In this document: positions 1-10,175 of the stretch, piece after piece
Layout of the letters: every line of letters starts with the position of its first letter
Numbering within the stretch: the first letter of the stretch is position 1
Origin: an uncultured Methylococcus sp.
Lineage (GTDB): Bacteria; Pseudomonadota; Gammaproteobacteria; Methylococcales; Methylococcaceae
Direction: 5' to 3'
Length of the DNA stretch: 64,000 bases
Assembly (NCBI GenBank): GCA_903835265.1
Contig: CAILMG010000176.1
Coordinates: forward strand, 19,283 to 83,282
The notes under the pieces: model-generated
The model's database searches: none
Told to the model about the DNA's origin: nothing
Seen by the model: only the letters and a program-made list of their open reading frames with translations
Translations under genes and position numbers: made by a program

Positions 1-369
1 GCCAAATCCCTTGAAAGTACGCAATTGCTTCTAAGTCGCCTTGAAAAGCAACTCCCCGCCATGGTGGAGGTCGTGGGCCGAGCCGCGGGTAGCCTTGATA
101 AGACGTCCCTTGCATTTGGTGGGACGGTCGAGGATATTCACCATCAGCTGGGCCCGATCCTCAAGGAGACGGAGCTCGCTCTGAAACATGCGAATGCGGC
201 CCTCACGGCCTCTGAAGCCGCTGCATCGAATTTGGCGGAGGCCACGTCGAGTGATTCAACGCTCCAAGGGTCGCTGGTTGAGATTAACCGGACGGTTCAA
301 TCGGTCAGGCAACTCACGGATTACCTTGAGCGGCACCCAGAATCACTCATTTTCGGGAAGCCGCCATGA
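1..369 (+). CDS. pqiB: PqiB/MlaD (MCE)-family intermembrane transport protein, C-terminal fragment. The 5' end lies outside the window.
   Basis: Frame 1 is open from base 1 to TGA 367-369. The tail is Ala/Ser/Leu-rich and ends ...RHPESLIFGKPP, as in PqiB-type proteins. A PqiC/YmbA-type lipoprotein gene follows 49 bp later, which is the usual order. Confidence 0.6.
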   Translation, partial: AKSLESTQLLLSRLEKQLPAMVEVVGRAAGSLDKTSLAFGGTVEDIHHQLGPILKETELALKHANAALTASEAAASNLAEATSSDSTLQGSLVEINRTVQSVRQLTDYLERHPESLIFGKPP

Positions 370-418
370 TGGCTGTGCTGGATTTCCTCGCCCCCTTGAT
401 GATCATTGAAAGCATCCT

Positions 419-1024
419 ATGAAAATCCTGTTGCTGCGTTTGATGTTGCTGATGCCCTTCTTAGGGATGGCTGGTTGTTTCAGTCATGGTCCTGAGGATC
501 AGTTTTATATGCTGAAAGCCGCCGACATCCCGAAGAAGACAGGGTCGACCCATCAGCTTGGTCCGCTTTTGGGCTTAGGGCCCATTCGTGTGCCGGCCTA
601 TCTTGATCGTCCTCAGATGGTCGTCGCTGTTTCACCCGAAACCTATCGTCTCGCCGAAGGCCATCGCTGGGCGGAACGGATCGATCAAAATATTGCGCGG
701 GTCTCTATGGAAAATATCGGCGCCTTGCTCCCCGGTTTTCGGATGATCCTTCATCCTTGGCCCCGGGAGCCGAAGCCCGATGGCCAAATGACCCTCGACA
801 TTCAAGAAATGCATGTGACGTCGGAGGGGCGGGTGCTGATGCAGGCGCTTTGGTCTTTTAAGGGGGATCAAAACCCCCCACAGTCGTTCCGTTTTACCTG
901 CAACGAATCAGCCTCAACAACGGATTTTGCCAAAATGGTCGAGGTTGAAGGCCATTGTCTTGAACGGTTGAACCGGGACATGGCAAAGTCGGTGCAGGCA
1001 TTGCTCCATGAAGGGGTTCACTGA
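419..1024 (+). CDS. pqiC: PqiC/YmbA-type lipoprotein (ABC-type transport auxiliary component)
   Basis: 201 aa. It has a signal peptide with lipobox ...FLGMAGC. Size and position immediately after a PqiB-like gene fit this family. Confidence 0.6.
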   Translation: MKILLLRLMLLMPFLGMAGCFSHGPEDQFYMLKAADIPKKTGSTHQLGPLLGLGPIRVPAYLDRPQMVVAVSPETYRLAEGHRWAERIDQNIARVSMENIGALLPGFRMILHPWPREPKPDGQMTLDIQEMHVTSEGRVLMQALWSFKGDQNPPQSFRFTCNESASTTDFAKMVEVEGHCLERLNRDMAKSVQALLHEGVH

Positions 1025-1203
1025 TTCGATCCGGGGGTCCAATGCGGCTCGGTGCAGCCTAAAGGTTGGGTGGTATCATTTGTGCTTGTACCACGAAGGG
1101 CCTTTCAAGCCCTCCTGAGTGTTCCAAATCCCCTGTTTGGGTTGGGGTCTGTTCCGGGTCCAACATGACCTCTAGCAATCATTGAGCGAATGATCCTTGC
1201 CCT

Positions 1204-3324
1204 ATGAAGAACGGTATGAGTTCGGTTTATCGACAGGAGGTTTCAGCCACCATGCCTTATGGAACGGCGCCCGGTACCCCGTTGCCTCAGGGGGTCCATC
1301 TCACCAAAGATGGGGTTAACTTTGCCCTTTTTAGTCGGCATGCCATCCGTGTTTGGCTCCTTCTCTTTGATTCGGAAGATCGGGATCATCCCAGCCAAAC
1401 CATCGAGCTGGATCGCCAGCACCATAAGACCGGCGATATCTGGCATATCGCGGTTCTTGGAGCCGGACGCGGGCTGCTTTATGCGTTTCGCGTTGATGGG
1501 CCTGATCAGCCGGAGAAAGGTCACCGCTTTGATCCATCAAAAATTCTGATTGATCCTTGTGCGAAGGCGCTGATTTCGCCAAGACATCTCGATTTTGGGG
1601 CGATGTGTCGCTTGCCTCAGGGGGATGAGGCGTCTGTTGATGCTCCGGCAATCGTCAAGTGCCTGGTCACCGAGAATACGTTTGACTGGGAGGATGATCG
1701 GCCCCTTTATCATCCTTGGTCTGAACTGGTGATCTACGAGACGCATGTGCGCGGTTTCACCATCCATCCCTCATCGGAATCAAAGGCCCCTGGAACGTTT
1801 CTAGGTCTTATCGACAAGATTCCCTATTTGAAGTCTCTGGGGATCAATGCCATTGAATTGATGCCTCTGCAGGAATTCAACCCCTTTGAGGTCACCGCTA
1901 GAAACCCAAAGACCGGTGAAAGGTTGACCAATTATTGGGGTTACAATACCGTCGCTTTTTTTGCACCCTATGAGGGCTATGGATCTAGGCTTTATCCCGG
2001 ATGTCAGGTGGATGAATTCAAGACCATGGTCAAAGCCTTTCATAAAGCGGGTATCGAGGTCCTTCTAGATGTGGTCTTCAACCATACGGCCGAGGGCAAT
2101 GAAACCGGGCCCACCCTGAGTTTCAGAGGCCTTGATAACAGCATTTACTACATGCTCGAAGATGACAGGCGCTACTACAAAAATTATTCAGGGTGCGGAA
2201 ATACGCTCAACTGTAATCATCCAGTGGTGCGTAACTTTATCCTGGAGTGCTTGCGCTACTGGGTGATGGAGATGCATGTGGATGGTTTTCGCTTTGATTT
2301 AGCCTCGATTCTGGGTCGCGATCGGGATGGGAGTTTGGTGCCTAATCCACCCCTCCTTGAACAGATCGCCGAGGATCCGATTCTGCGCGATGTGAAACTG
2401 ATCGCCGAGGCCTGGGACGCCGGTGGTGCCTATCTCGTAGGCCGCTTTCCGGGGGAGCGATGGTCTGAATGGAACGGGCTCTATCGAGATGACATCCGCC
2501 GCTATTGGCGGGGTGATCATGGGATGTCGGGTGCCTTCGCCAGTCGTCTTTGCGGGAGCGCCGATATTTATGAGCACAGTGGAAAGGCGCCGGTGAACAG
2601 TATTAATTTTGTGACCTGCCATGATGGCTTCACCCTCCGTGATCTGGTGAGTTATGAGTCAAAACATAATGTGGCCAATGGCGAAGACTCGAGGGATGGC
2701 TGCGGGGCTAATTACAGTCATAACTATGGTCATGAAGGCGATACCCAAGATCCTCTGATTCTCGAATTAAGGGGTCGACAGGCCAAAAACTTCATGGCCA
2801 CGCTGTTGCTGTCACGAGGGGTTCCCATGATCCTCGCGGGTGATGAAATGGGGAGAACACAACAGGGGAACAATAATGCGTACTGCCAAGACAATGAGAT
2901 CTCTTGGCTAGACTGGACGTTGGTGGAGCGTCATACGGAATTTCTTAATTTCGTTCGGAATCTGATTCAGCTTCGCCGGCGCTATCCGGTCCTCTCCAGT
3001 GAGCGGTTCTATGAGCCTCAGGAGATCAGCTGGTTTAATGCCCAAGGCCATGAGCCAAATTGGCACCAAGATGCCGCCATTGCCTGCTATGTGCATCCCC
3101 ATAAGGAGGATCAGCATCTCTGTTTGATTGCTAATCCGACCCCAGACCCCGTTTTCTTTCGGTTGCCTGAGCTCCCTCGGGGGGGGCGGTGGGTTCGGGT
3201 CGTTGATACGGGGTCGCCGCCCCCCTTCGATATCTGTGCCAATGGCGAGGGCGTCCCCATTGCTTCAGGCGGCGGGGTGCTTCTTAGGGAGCGGAGTTTG
3301 ATGCTGCTTGGGGCTGAACGATGA
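1204..3324 (+). CDS. glgX: Glycogen debranching enzyme GlgX (GH13)
   Basis: 706 aa. GH13 signatures are present: DVVFNHT, GFRFDLAS, EAWD and FVTCHDGFTL. The N-terminus (GVNFALFSRHA..V.L.LFD) resembles E. coli GlgX. The start could be 1204-1252. Confidence 0.9.
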   Translation: MKNGMSSVYRQEVSATMPYGTAPGTPLPQGVHLTKDGVNFALFSRHAIRVWLLLFDSEDRDHPSQTIELDRQHHKTGDIWHIAVLGAGRGLLYAFRVDGPDQPEKGHRFDPSKILIDPCAKALISPRHLDFGAMCRLPQGDEASVDAPAIVKCLVTENTFDWEDDRPLYHPWSELVIYETHVRGFTIHPSSESKAPGTFLGLIDKIPYLKSLGINAIELMPLQEFNPFEVTARNPKTGERLTNYWGYNTVAFFAPYEGYGSRLYPGCQVDEFKTMVKAFHKAGIEVLLDVVFNHTAEGNETGPTLSFRGLDNSIYYMLEDDRRYYKNYSGCGNTLNCNHPVVRNFILECLRYWVMEMHVDGFRFDLASILGRDRDGSLVPNPPLLEQIAEDPILRDVKLIAEAWDAGGAYLVGRFPGERWSEWNGLYRDDIRRYWRGDHGMSGAFASRLCGSADIYEHSGKAPVNSINFVTCHDGFTLRDLVSYESKHNVANGEDSRDGCGANYSHNYGHEGDTQDPLILELRGRQAKNFMATLLLSRGVPMILAGDEMGRTQQGNNNAYCQDNEISWLDWTLVERHTEFLNFVRNLIQLRRRYPVLSSERFYEPQEISWFNAQGHEPNWHQDAAIACYVHPHKEDQHLCLIANPTPDPVFFRLPELPRGGRWVRVVDTGSPPPFDICANGEGVPIASGGGVLLRERSLMLLGAER

Positions 3325-4931
3325 GACGTCTCTCCCTTCTTGGAATAGGGCTAGTCGCTCTCTTTCCGCTCCTGTTGGCAGGTTGCAGTCTCATCGGCCC
3401 TGATTTCGATACGCCAGAGAGTCGTCTTGGCTCTGGCTGGATGGATCAAAAGGATCCCCGTCTCAAAAACGGCGAGACCGGGGGCTACCGGGATTGGTGG
3501 AAGGCCTTTAAAGATCCGGTCCTTGATCGTCTGATCAATACCGCCTATGCCCAGAATCTCTCTCTCCGCGCAGCCGGAATTCGTGTGCTTGCCGGCCGCG
3601 CGCAGTTGGGGGTTGCTATTGGAGACTTCTACCCGCAATCACAGAGTGTCGAGGGCTTGATCTGGAATATTCAGTTGCCAAAGTCCGGCTTGAGTGAACG
3701 ATTGCCCGGCACCAATCGGCCTGACTCAGGGAGCAATGTGAATTCCTTGTGGTTAGATCGATTAGGACCTACGGTCAGTTGGGAAGTCGATCTTTGGGGG
3801 AAGTTTCGGCGCGCCATCGAGTCTGCTGATGCGTCCATGCTCGCGGCCGTTGCTGACTATGACAGTCTTTTAGTCAGTCTAACCGGCGATGTTGCAACCT
3901 ACTACATCAAAATCAGAACGCTCGAGCGACGCCTTGATATTGCAAAGACAAACGTCGAAGCTCAGCGCGGCAATCTGAAGATCGCGGAGTCTAAGTTTTT
4001 AGGGGGCAGTTCGTCACGCCGAGATGTCGAACAAGCTAAAACAGTGCTTGGCGGCACCCAAGCCACCATTCCAAAGCTCGATGCGCAGTTGCGCATCAGC
4101 AAGAATGCGCTTTGTGTTCTTTTGGGTATTCCCCCACAAGATATCGAGAAACTATTAGGTTCTGGTTCTGAGACGTCTAAAATCCCTGTTCCGCCGGTTC
4201 AGGTGGCCGTTGGGGTTCCTCTTGATCTCCTCAGAAGGAGACCGGATATTCGCCAGGCGGAATACACCGCACAGGCGCAGTCTGCCCAAATCGGTGTGAC
4301 AAAAGCCAATTTATACCCGGCGCTCTCCATCAGTGGCAGCTTTGCCTTCGTTTCAAGTAATGCCCAAGGACACAGTCTGAGCGACATGTTTGCCTGGGGT
4401 AACAACTTTCATCGCTTTGGGCCGGCGATCCAATGGAATATTCTCAATTATGGTCAGATCACCAACCAGGTCCGCTACGCGGATGCGCAGTTTCAGGCCT
4501 TGGTCGTTCAATATCAAAATCAAGTCCTTAAGGCCCAACAGGAAGTCGAGGACGGTTTGATCTTTTTCCTCAAAACGCAAGATGCTGCGGAGTACCTCGC
4601 CCAAAGTACCGCGGCGGCCAAAAGGTCTTTGGAACTGGCAACGATTCAATATCGAGAGGGCATGGCAGACTTCACCACCGTTTTAACGGCAGAGCAATCG
4701 CTGTTATCTCAGCAGGATACGTTCGCCTCTACGCTCGGTGATGTCGCGATTGGGCTGGTGACGGTTTACCGTGGGATGGGAGGTGGATGGCAGATACGAG
4801 AAGGCCATGACTTTATTCCCGCCGATATCCGTGAGGCCATGGATCAGCGAACGGGTTGGGGGGATCTCTTGAAGCCGTTGACTATCCCCAGCGGGCCCGC
4901 TCAGGGTACGGTTCGTGCCCCTGAATGGTAG
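3321..4931 (+). CDS. RND efflux outer-membrane factor lipoprotein (NodT family)
   Basis: 536 aa. Lipobox LLLAGC is present. The two-repeat OMF architecture has the typical ...LYPALSISG... and ...VYRGMGGGW motifs. The ATG overlaps the glgX stop (ATGA at 3321-3324). Confidence 0.9.
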   Translation: MRRLSLLGIGLVALFPLLLAGCSLIGPDFDTPESRLGSGWMDQKDPRLKNGETGGYRDWWKAFKDPVLDRLINTAYAQNLSLRAAGIRVLAGRAQLGVAIGDFYPQSQSVEGLIWNIQLPKSGLSERLPGTNRPDSGSNVNSLWLDRLGPTVSWEVDLWGKFRRAIESADASMLAAVADYDSLLVSLTGDVATYYIKIRTLERRLDIAKTNVEAQRGNLKIAESKFLGGSSSRRDVEQAKTVLGGTQATIPKLDAQLRISKNALCVLLGIPPQDIEKLLGSGSETSKIPVPPVQVAVGVPLDLLRRRPDIRQAEYTAQAQSAQIGVTKANLYPALSISGSFAFVSSNAQGHSLSDMFAWGNNFHRFGPAIQWNILNYGQITNQVRYADAQFQALVVQYQNQVLKAQQEVEDGLIFFLKTQDAAEYLAQSTAAAKRSLELATIQYREGMADFTTVLTAEQSLLSQQDTFASTLGDVAIGLVTVYRGMGGGWQIREGHDFIPADIREAMDQRTGWGDLLKPLTIPSGPAQGTVRAPEW

Positions 4932-4976
4932 CCAGACCTCTTTTTCACCTTGATTGAGCAATTCCAGGATTTGATT

Positions 4977-6140
4977 ATGTGCGCCCATCGTGTTTTGTCC
5001 CTGCGAAAGTCTCTATTTCTTATCGTTCTTTGTGGACTGATGTTATCGGCTTGTGAAAGTGGTAACAGTTACAAGCCGCCTCCCGCCGCTCGGGTCACGG
5101 TGGCGCATCCGCTGATGGGGGAAGTGACCGATGCGATGGAGTTCACGGGCAACACGCAAGCGATCTACACGGTTAAGTTGCGTGCACGGGTAGAGGGCTA
5201 TCTCGATAAGGTGCTCTTTCGAGAAGGTGAGATCGTTGAGGAGGGGAAAACACTCTTCGTGATTCAGCCTGAAAGTTATATCGCCAAGGTCAAGGAGGCG
5301 GAAGCCAATCTCCTCTCGGCCAAAGCCAAATCGATGCACTCAGAAACGGAATTTAAGCGGTTTACGCTCCTGATGAAGCAGGATGCAGCGGCCCAGACAG
5401 ATGTGGATCATTGGCTTTATGAGCGTGATGCTAATCGCGCCGATGTGATGGGTGCCGAAGCGCAATTAGCTATCGCTAAACTGAATTTGAGCTACACCCA
5501 GGTCAAGGCACCCTTCCATGGCAAGGTGAGTCGGCGCTATTACGATCCAGGGAATGTCGTGGGTCATAGCGAAGAAACCGTTCTCGCTGAAATTAATAAG
5601 ATCGATCCGATCTATGTATATTTCACGATCAGCGAACGGGATCTCCTGAGGATTCGGCAAAGTCAAAGCGATCGGGGAGAGGCCGTGAGTACCCCTCCCC
5701 GCGTCCCGATTCAAGTGGGACTTGCCAACGAAACCGGGTATCCCCATCAAGCGACCCTGGATTACACCGATATTCAGGTGGACCCGACCACTGGGACGCT
5801 GCAATTAAGAGCGACCCTTGCAAATCCCAGTAACACTATTTTTCCAGGACTCTTTGTCCGTATCCGTGCGGAACGGCCGCTGAAGCGGAAAGGGTTATTG
5901 GTCCCGGAAGACGCGATCGCCTTTGATCAAGCGGGTCCTTATGTTCTCGTGGTCGATGATCAGGATGTGGTGAGTCGCCGCGCCATCACCTTAGGACCCC
6001 ATGCGAATAAACAATTTGCTATCGAGTCGGGCCTTGATGCGGCGGATTGGGTGATTGTGAATGGTCAGATGCGGGCGATCCCTGGAAAGAAGGTCTCTCC
6101 AGATAAAGGCGCTGAGGTCAAGGAGTCGGTGACCCCATGA
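4977..6140 (+). CDS. RND efflux periplasmic adaptor (membrane fusion protein)
   Basis: HlyD/AcrA-like layout with a coiled-coil hairpin around ...AKVKEAEANLLSAKAK...AQLAIAKLNLSYT.... The first in-frame ATG is at 4977 and gives a lipoprotein-like leader (...MLSAC). The ORF track begins at TTG 4950. Confidence 0.85.
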   Translation: MCAHRVLSLRKSLFLIVLCGLMLSACESGNSYKPPPAARVTVAHPLMGEVTDAMEFTGNTQAIYTVKLRARVEGYLDKVLFREGEIVEEGKTLFVIQPESYIAKVKEAEANLLSAKAKSMHSETEFKRFTLLMKQDAAAQTDVDHWLYERDANRADVMGAEAQLAIAKLNLSYTQVKAPFHGKVSRRYYDPGNVVGHSEETVLAEINKIDPIYVYFTISERDLLRIRQSQSDRGEAVSTPPRVPIQVGLANETGYPHQATLDYTDIQVDPTTGTLQLRATLANPSNTIFPGLFVRIRAERPLKRKGLLVPEDAIAFDQAGPYVLVVDDQDVVSRRAITLGPHANKQFAIESGLDAADWVIVNGQMRAIPGKKVSPDKGAEVKESVTP

Positions 6141-9100
6141 TGTCGAAGTTCTTTATCGAACGTCCGATCCTCGCCAATGTGATCGCCCTGATTACGGTCA
6201 TCCTGGGGTTGGTGAGTGTCTCGGGGCTCCCTGTTTCTCAGTACCCCCAGATTGTTCCCCCCACCATCCAGGTGTCGACCAGTTATCCCGGTGCGAGTGC
6301 TGAGGTCATTGCGAAGACGGTGGGTATCCCCATTGAACAGGGGGTCAATGGGGTCGAAAAGTCGATGTATATCTATTCGACCAGTGGCTCTGATGGGTCT
6401 TATGTCCTGACCATCACCTTTGAGGTGGGGACCGATCTTAACTCCTCCCTCAGTCTGGTTCAAAATTTGGTCAATGGCCAAATGTCGCAGTTGCCAGATG
6501 CCGTTCAAAAGCAGGGTATTAGCATCCGTAAGGTGTCGACCAATATTTTGATGGCGATCAGCCTTTTTGCTGAGGATGAACGGTTTGATGAGACCTACTT
6601 GTCAAATTATGCCCAGATTAATCTCATGTACCCGCTGTGGCGTATTCCAGGGGTCGGTCAGATTGTCGTCAAAGGCGCAGGTTCCTACAGCATGCGGATA
6701 TGGATGGACCCCGAGCGCCTCAAATACTACGGTCTCACCACAACCGATGTGGCTGATGCCGTTCGCTCGCAAAATAATCAGGTGGTCGCAGGGCAGTTGG
6801 GGGGTCCACCGGTTCCTGAGGATCAGTCCTTCCAGTTAACGATTAATGCGCTGGGACGGCTCTCAGATATTTCCGAGTTTGAAGACATTATTGTGAAGGC
6901 CGTGACGCCAAAGAGCAGTCAAAATGGCCAAAGCAGCCAAAATGGGTCCGATGCAGCCACCGCACAAATTGTTCGGGTAAAAGACGTTGCAAGGGTCGAA
7001 TTGGCCCAGAAATCCTATACCAATTTTTCGGGGGTCAGTGGCCATAAGGCGGCTCAGCTCTTGGTCTATGGCCTCCCTGATGCAAATGCTTTAGAGATCG
7101 GAGAAAAGGTCAAGGATCTCACCAAGAAAATGTCGGCAGAATTTCCTGAAGGACTGAGTTACTCGATCCTTTACGATACGACGGACTTCATCGAACAGTC
7201 GATTCATGCGGTTTATGAAACGCTTTATGAAGCCGGCTTTTTGGTGCTTGCCGTGGTCATTCTCTTCCTTCAAAACTGGCGGGCGACCTTGGTCCCTGCG
7301 ACGACGGTGCCCGTGACCATTATTGGTGCCTTCGCGGCGATGGCCATGCTCGGCTTTTCGGTCAATCTGATGACCCTTTTCGGACTGATTCTCGCCATTG
7401 GCATTGTGGTCGATGATGCCATCGTGATCGTCGAGAATGCGACGTCCCATATTGAGTCGGGACTCACCCCCAAGGATGCCGCCATCAAGGCCATGAGTCA
7501 GATGACGGGGCCTGTCATCGGGATCACCTTGGTGCTTTCCGCTGTCTTCCTTCCCGCGGCCTTTCTTCCTGGAATTAGCGGCGAGCTCTTTAAGCAGTTT
7601 GCGTTGGTGATCGCCTCAACGGCCATTATTAGCGCCATCAATGCGCTGACATTGAAGCCTGCTCAATGTGCTCTTTATTTGAAGCCAAGGCCTAAGGATT
7701 ATGAGCCCAATGCGTTTTATCGTGCTTTTAATCGCGGCTATGGAAAGATTGAAGCGGCCTATACCAACATCATCCGCTGGATGGTTGAGAGGACCCGATC
7801 TATGGTGGCGCTGTTTGTGGTCGTTATCCTCTTGGGGGGTTGGATGTTTGCGCATCACCCCACCGGTTTTCTGCCGATAGAAGATCAGGGGTATGCCATC
7901 ATTTTTGGGAAATTGCCGGAAGGGAGTTCTCAGCCGAGGGTGCGGGCGGTGATCGACAACGTTGGCCAGATATTGAAGGAAACGCCGGGAATCAAGGGAT
8001 GGATCACCATCGGTGGGTTTTCTGTCCCCGATACGGCCAATCTTGCCAACGCGTTCACGATCTTTGCGCCTTACGACAGTTGGGAGAAGCGGGGTGAGGC
8101 CTTGAGTCAGGCGGTGATTCTCCAGGATCTCAAAAAGAAATTTGATGGAATACAAGAGGCGCGTGTCGTCGCGGTGACGCCGCCTCCGATTGCGGGTCTT
8201 GGACAGGTTGGCGGCCTTCAGATGATGGTGGAGGACCGGGGCGCGCATGGTATTCGGGAGTTACAACCCATCATGACCGAGTTGATGAGGGCGGCAGCCA
8301 CCCAGAGTGGGCTCGGTTTCTCAGCCACGACCTTTAGTGCCTTAAGTCCTCAGCTTTTTTTAGATATTGATCGAACCAAGGCGCAATCTCTTCAGGTCCC
8401 TATTGAAAACATCTTCGGGACGCTGCAGTCCTATCTTGGTTCAAGCTACGTGAATTTGTTCACAAAATTTGATCAGTCCTTTCAGGTCTATGTACAGGCT
8501 GATGCCGCTTATCGACGAAGTATCGATGATATTCAGGATCTCTATGTCAGAAACAATGAGTCCAACATGGTGCCCCTTGGAACGCTCTTAACCATCAACA
8601 GGAATGTCGGCTCAGAATTGGTGTCTCGTTATAACCTTTATCCCGCAGCCCCTTTCTTTGGAGCGCCAGCTCCAGGCGTGAGTGGGGGTGACGCGATGCA
8701 TATCATGGAGCAGATGGCGGATGCCTCATTGCCTCAGGGCTTCCACTACGATTGGACGTCAGTCGCTTATCAGCAGAAGTTGGTCGGAAATACCGCTTAT
8801 TTTGTCTATGCGCTGTCCTTGCTGCTGGTTTTCCTTGTCCTTGCGGCCCAATACGAAAACTGGATCTCCCCGCTCGGGGTCATTCTGGTCGTGCCGATGG
8901 CCTTGGTCGGGGTGATTTTGGCGCTGATCGCCCGAAATTTTGATAACAACCTCTACACCCAGGTGGGCTTGGTTCTGATGATAGCCCTCGCCAGTAAAAA
9001 CGCGATTCTGGTCGTTGAGTTTGCCCGCGAACTGCGCGCTGAGGGCCACTCGATTGTCGATGCGGCGGTTGAGGCCACCCGGAAACGGTTTCGGCCCATC

Positions 9101-9316
9101 ATCATGACCTCCTTTGCCTTCATCCTTGGGGTGGTGCCTCTTTTGAAGGCCAGCGGTGCTGGCGCCGCGAGCCAGCAGGCTATTGGAACGGTGGTCTTTG
9201 GCGGGATGCTGGCCTCAACACTGGTCGCGATCCCATTCGTCCCCGTCTTCTACGTCCTCACCCAGCAATTGTCCGAGTGGCTGGACGCTCGTAAGTCAAA
9301 GAAAGCGGCACCCTAG
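6137..9316 (+). CDS. RND efflux permease (AcrB/HAE1-like)
   Basis: 1059 aa. The N-terminus MSKFFIERPILANVIAL... is characteristic, and there are 12 TM segments plus two large periplasmic loops. An ATGA overlap links it to the adaptor gene. Confidence 0.95.
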   Translation: MMSKFFIERPILANVIALITVILGLVSVSGLPVSQYPQIVPPTIQVSTSYPGASAEVIAKTVGIPIEQGVNGVEKSMYIYSTSGSDGSYVLTITFEVGTDLNSSLSLVQNLVNGQMSQLPDAVQKQGISIRKVSTNILMAISLFAEDERFDETYLSNYAQINLMYPLWRIPGVGQIVVKGAGSYSMRIWMDPERLKYYGLTTTDVADAVRSQNNQVVAGQLGGPPVPEDQSFQLTINALGRLSDISEFEDIIVKAVTPKSSQNGQSSQNGSDAATAQIVRVKDVARVELAQKSYTNFSGVSGHKAAQLLVYGLPDANALEIGEKVKDLTKKMSAEFPEGLSYSILYDTTDFIEQSIHAVYETLYEAGFLVLAVVILFLQNWRATLVPATTVPVTIIGAFAAMAMLGFSVNLMTLFGLILAIGIVVDDAIVIVENATSHIESGLTPKDAAIKAMSQMTGPVIGITLVLSAVFLPAAFLPGISGELFKQFALVIASTAIISAINALTLKPAQCALYLKPRPKDYEPNAFYRAFNRGYGKIEAAYTNIIRWMVERTRSMVALFVVVILLGGWMFAHHPTGFLPIEDQGYAIIFGKLPEGSSQPRVRAVIDNVGQILKETPGIKGWITIGGFSVPDTANLANAFTIFAPYDSWEKRGEALSQAVILQDLKKKFDGIQEARVVAVTPPPIAGLGQVGGLQMMVEDRGAHGIRELQPIMTELMRAAATQSGLGFSATTFSALSPQLFLDIDRTKAQSLQVPIENIFGTLQSYLGSSYVNLFTKFDQSFQVYVQADAAYRRSIDDIQDLYVRNNESNMVPLGTLLTINRNVGSELVSRYNLYPAAPFFGAPAPGVSGGDAMHIMEQMADASLPQGFHYDWTSVAYQQKLVGNTAYFVYALSLLLVFLVLAAQYENWISPLGVILVVPMALVGVILALIARNFDNNLYTQVGLVLMIALASKNAILVVEFARELRAEGHSIVDAAVEATRKRFRPIIMTSFAFILGVVPLLKASGAGAASQQAIGTVVFGGMLASTLVAIPFVPVFYVLTQQLSEWLDARKSKKAAP
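6914..6949 (+). repeat. Imperfect 18-bp in-frame tandem duplication inside the RND permease gene
   Basis: agcagtcaaaatggccaa / agcagccaaaatgggtcc (14 of 18 identical), encoding SSQNGQ-SSQNGS. Confidence 0.8.
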
Positions 9317-9359
9317 AGAGGGGGGTGCCGGCGGCGCATTCTATAGAGGCCTTCTAGGG

Positions 9360-10175
9360 TCAAGGATTGACGGACTGGTTGGCGGAGAATTGCTGGCCGA
9401 GGTTATCCTTGATGTCGACATGGAGTTCGCCTGCTTTTTCAGGCGCAAAGTAGAACCTGAAGTTTGGATCCGTACTGAGGGCAATATCGCCCTTGACGGT
9501 CAGTACCGGCTTGCCATCAAAGCTGACCTTAACGTCCGTCACATAATGGGCGGGTTGAATGATACGGCTGATTTGATCCATCTGCATGCCGGTGATATTC
9601 GGATGGCTGATCAACAGTTGAACGGGGTTGGCTGATCCCAAGGTCGGCTTGTCCTGATCGAATTTGAACTTCATTTTTCCAAACCGGGCCTTGGCGTCCT
9701 CACTGTCGGCCCCGATGGGCGCGGAGCAGCCTCCGCTCGCTTTGACAAAGGCCTTGGCCATGTGCAGTTTGCCATCGTTGGTTTCAGCAATGGCCCGGAT
9801 GTAGGTGTAGGCGTTGACGCGCATGCGGGTCGCGATATCGGCTTTGCCGCTCTCCAGGGTGAACTCAAACGACGCCGAAAAAGGGGTTGGATTATGATCG
9901 ATAATGACCGTGACCTTTTTAATGAATTGGGTCCCCGTCTGAGGAAACTTGCTGGTGATCTGGATGGGGACCAGTGCAGGGTCCTCGGCGCGATAAGGCG
10001 CCGTGATCTCAATAGCCTCGTGATCCTCGCTGATGGGGCGATCACCAAAGAATTGATTCTTGAGGTGTGAGGTCCATTGGCTTTCATCTTCACCCTCGGC
10101 CTGAGCTAAAAGCGGGAGGCCTGAAAGGGTGAGGAGGGTCAAGGTCAGTAGGATGCGGATAATGAGGGTCTTCAT
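9360..10175 (-). CDS. Quinoprotein-dehydrogenase-associated SoxYZ-like carrier (SoxY-like N-half fused to a SoxZ-like C-half), secreted
   Basis: 271 aa with a signal peptide (...LPLLAQA). A SoxY-type glycine-glycine-cysteine motif (KASGGCS) places Cys150 at codon 9726-9728. An Ig-like SoxZ-type C-half follows. An ATGA overlap links it to the upstream MBL gene, next to xoxF. Confidence 0.7.
   Translation of the reverse strand: MKTLIIRILLTLTLLTLSGLPLLAQAEGEDESQWTSHLKNQFFGDRPISEDHEAIEITAPYRAEDPALVPIQITSKFPQTGTQFIKKVTVIIDHNPTPFSASFEFTLESGKADIATRMRVNAYTYIRAIAETNDGKLHMAKAFVKASGGCSAPIGADSEDAKARFGKMKFKFDQDKPTLGSANPVQLLISHPNITGMQMDQISRIIQPAHYVTDVKVSFDGKPVLTVKGDIALSTDPNFRFYFAPEKAGELHVDIKDNLGQQFSANQSVNP

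Noticed and set aside
9313-9358. Inverted repeat CCCTAGA ... TCTAGGG between the convergent RND pump and SoxYZ-like genes, as a bidirectional terminator
   Set aside because: The 7-bp arms are separated by a 32-nt loop and have no flanking U-tracts, which is too weak to call.
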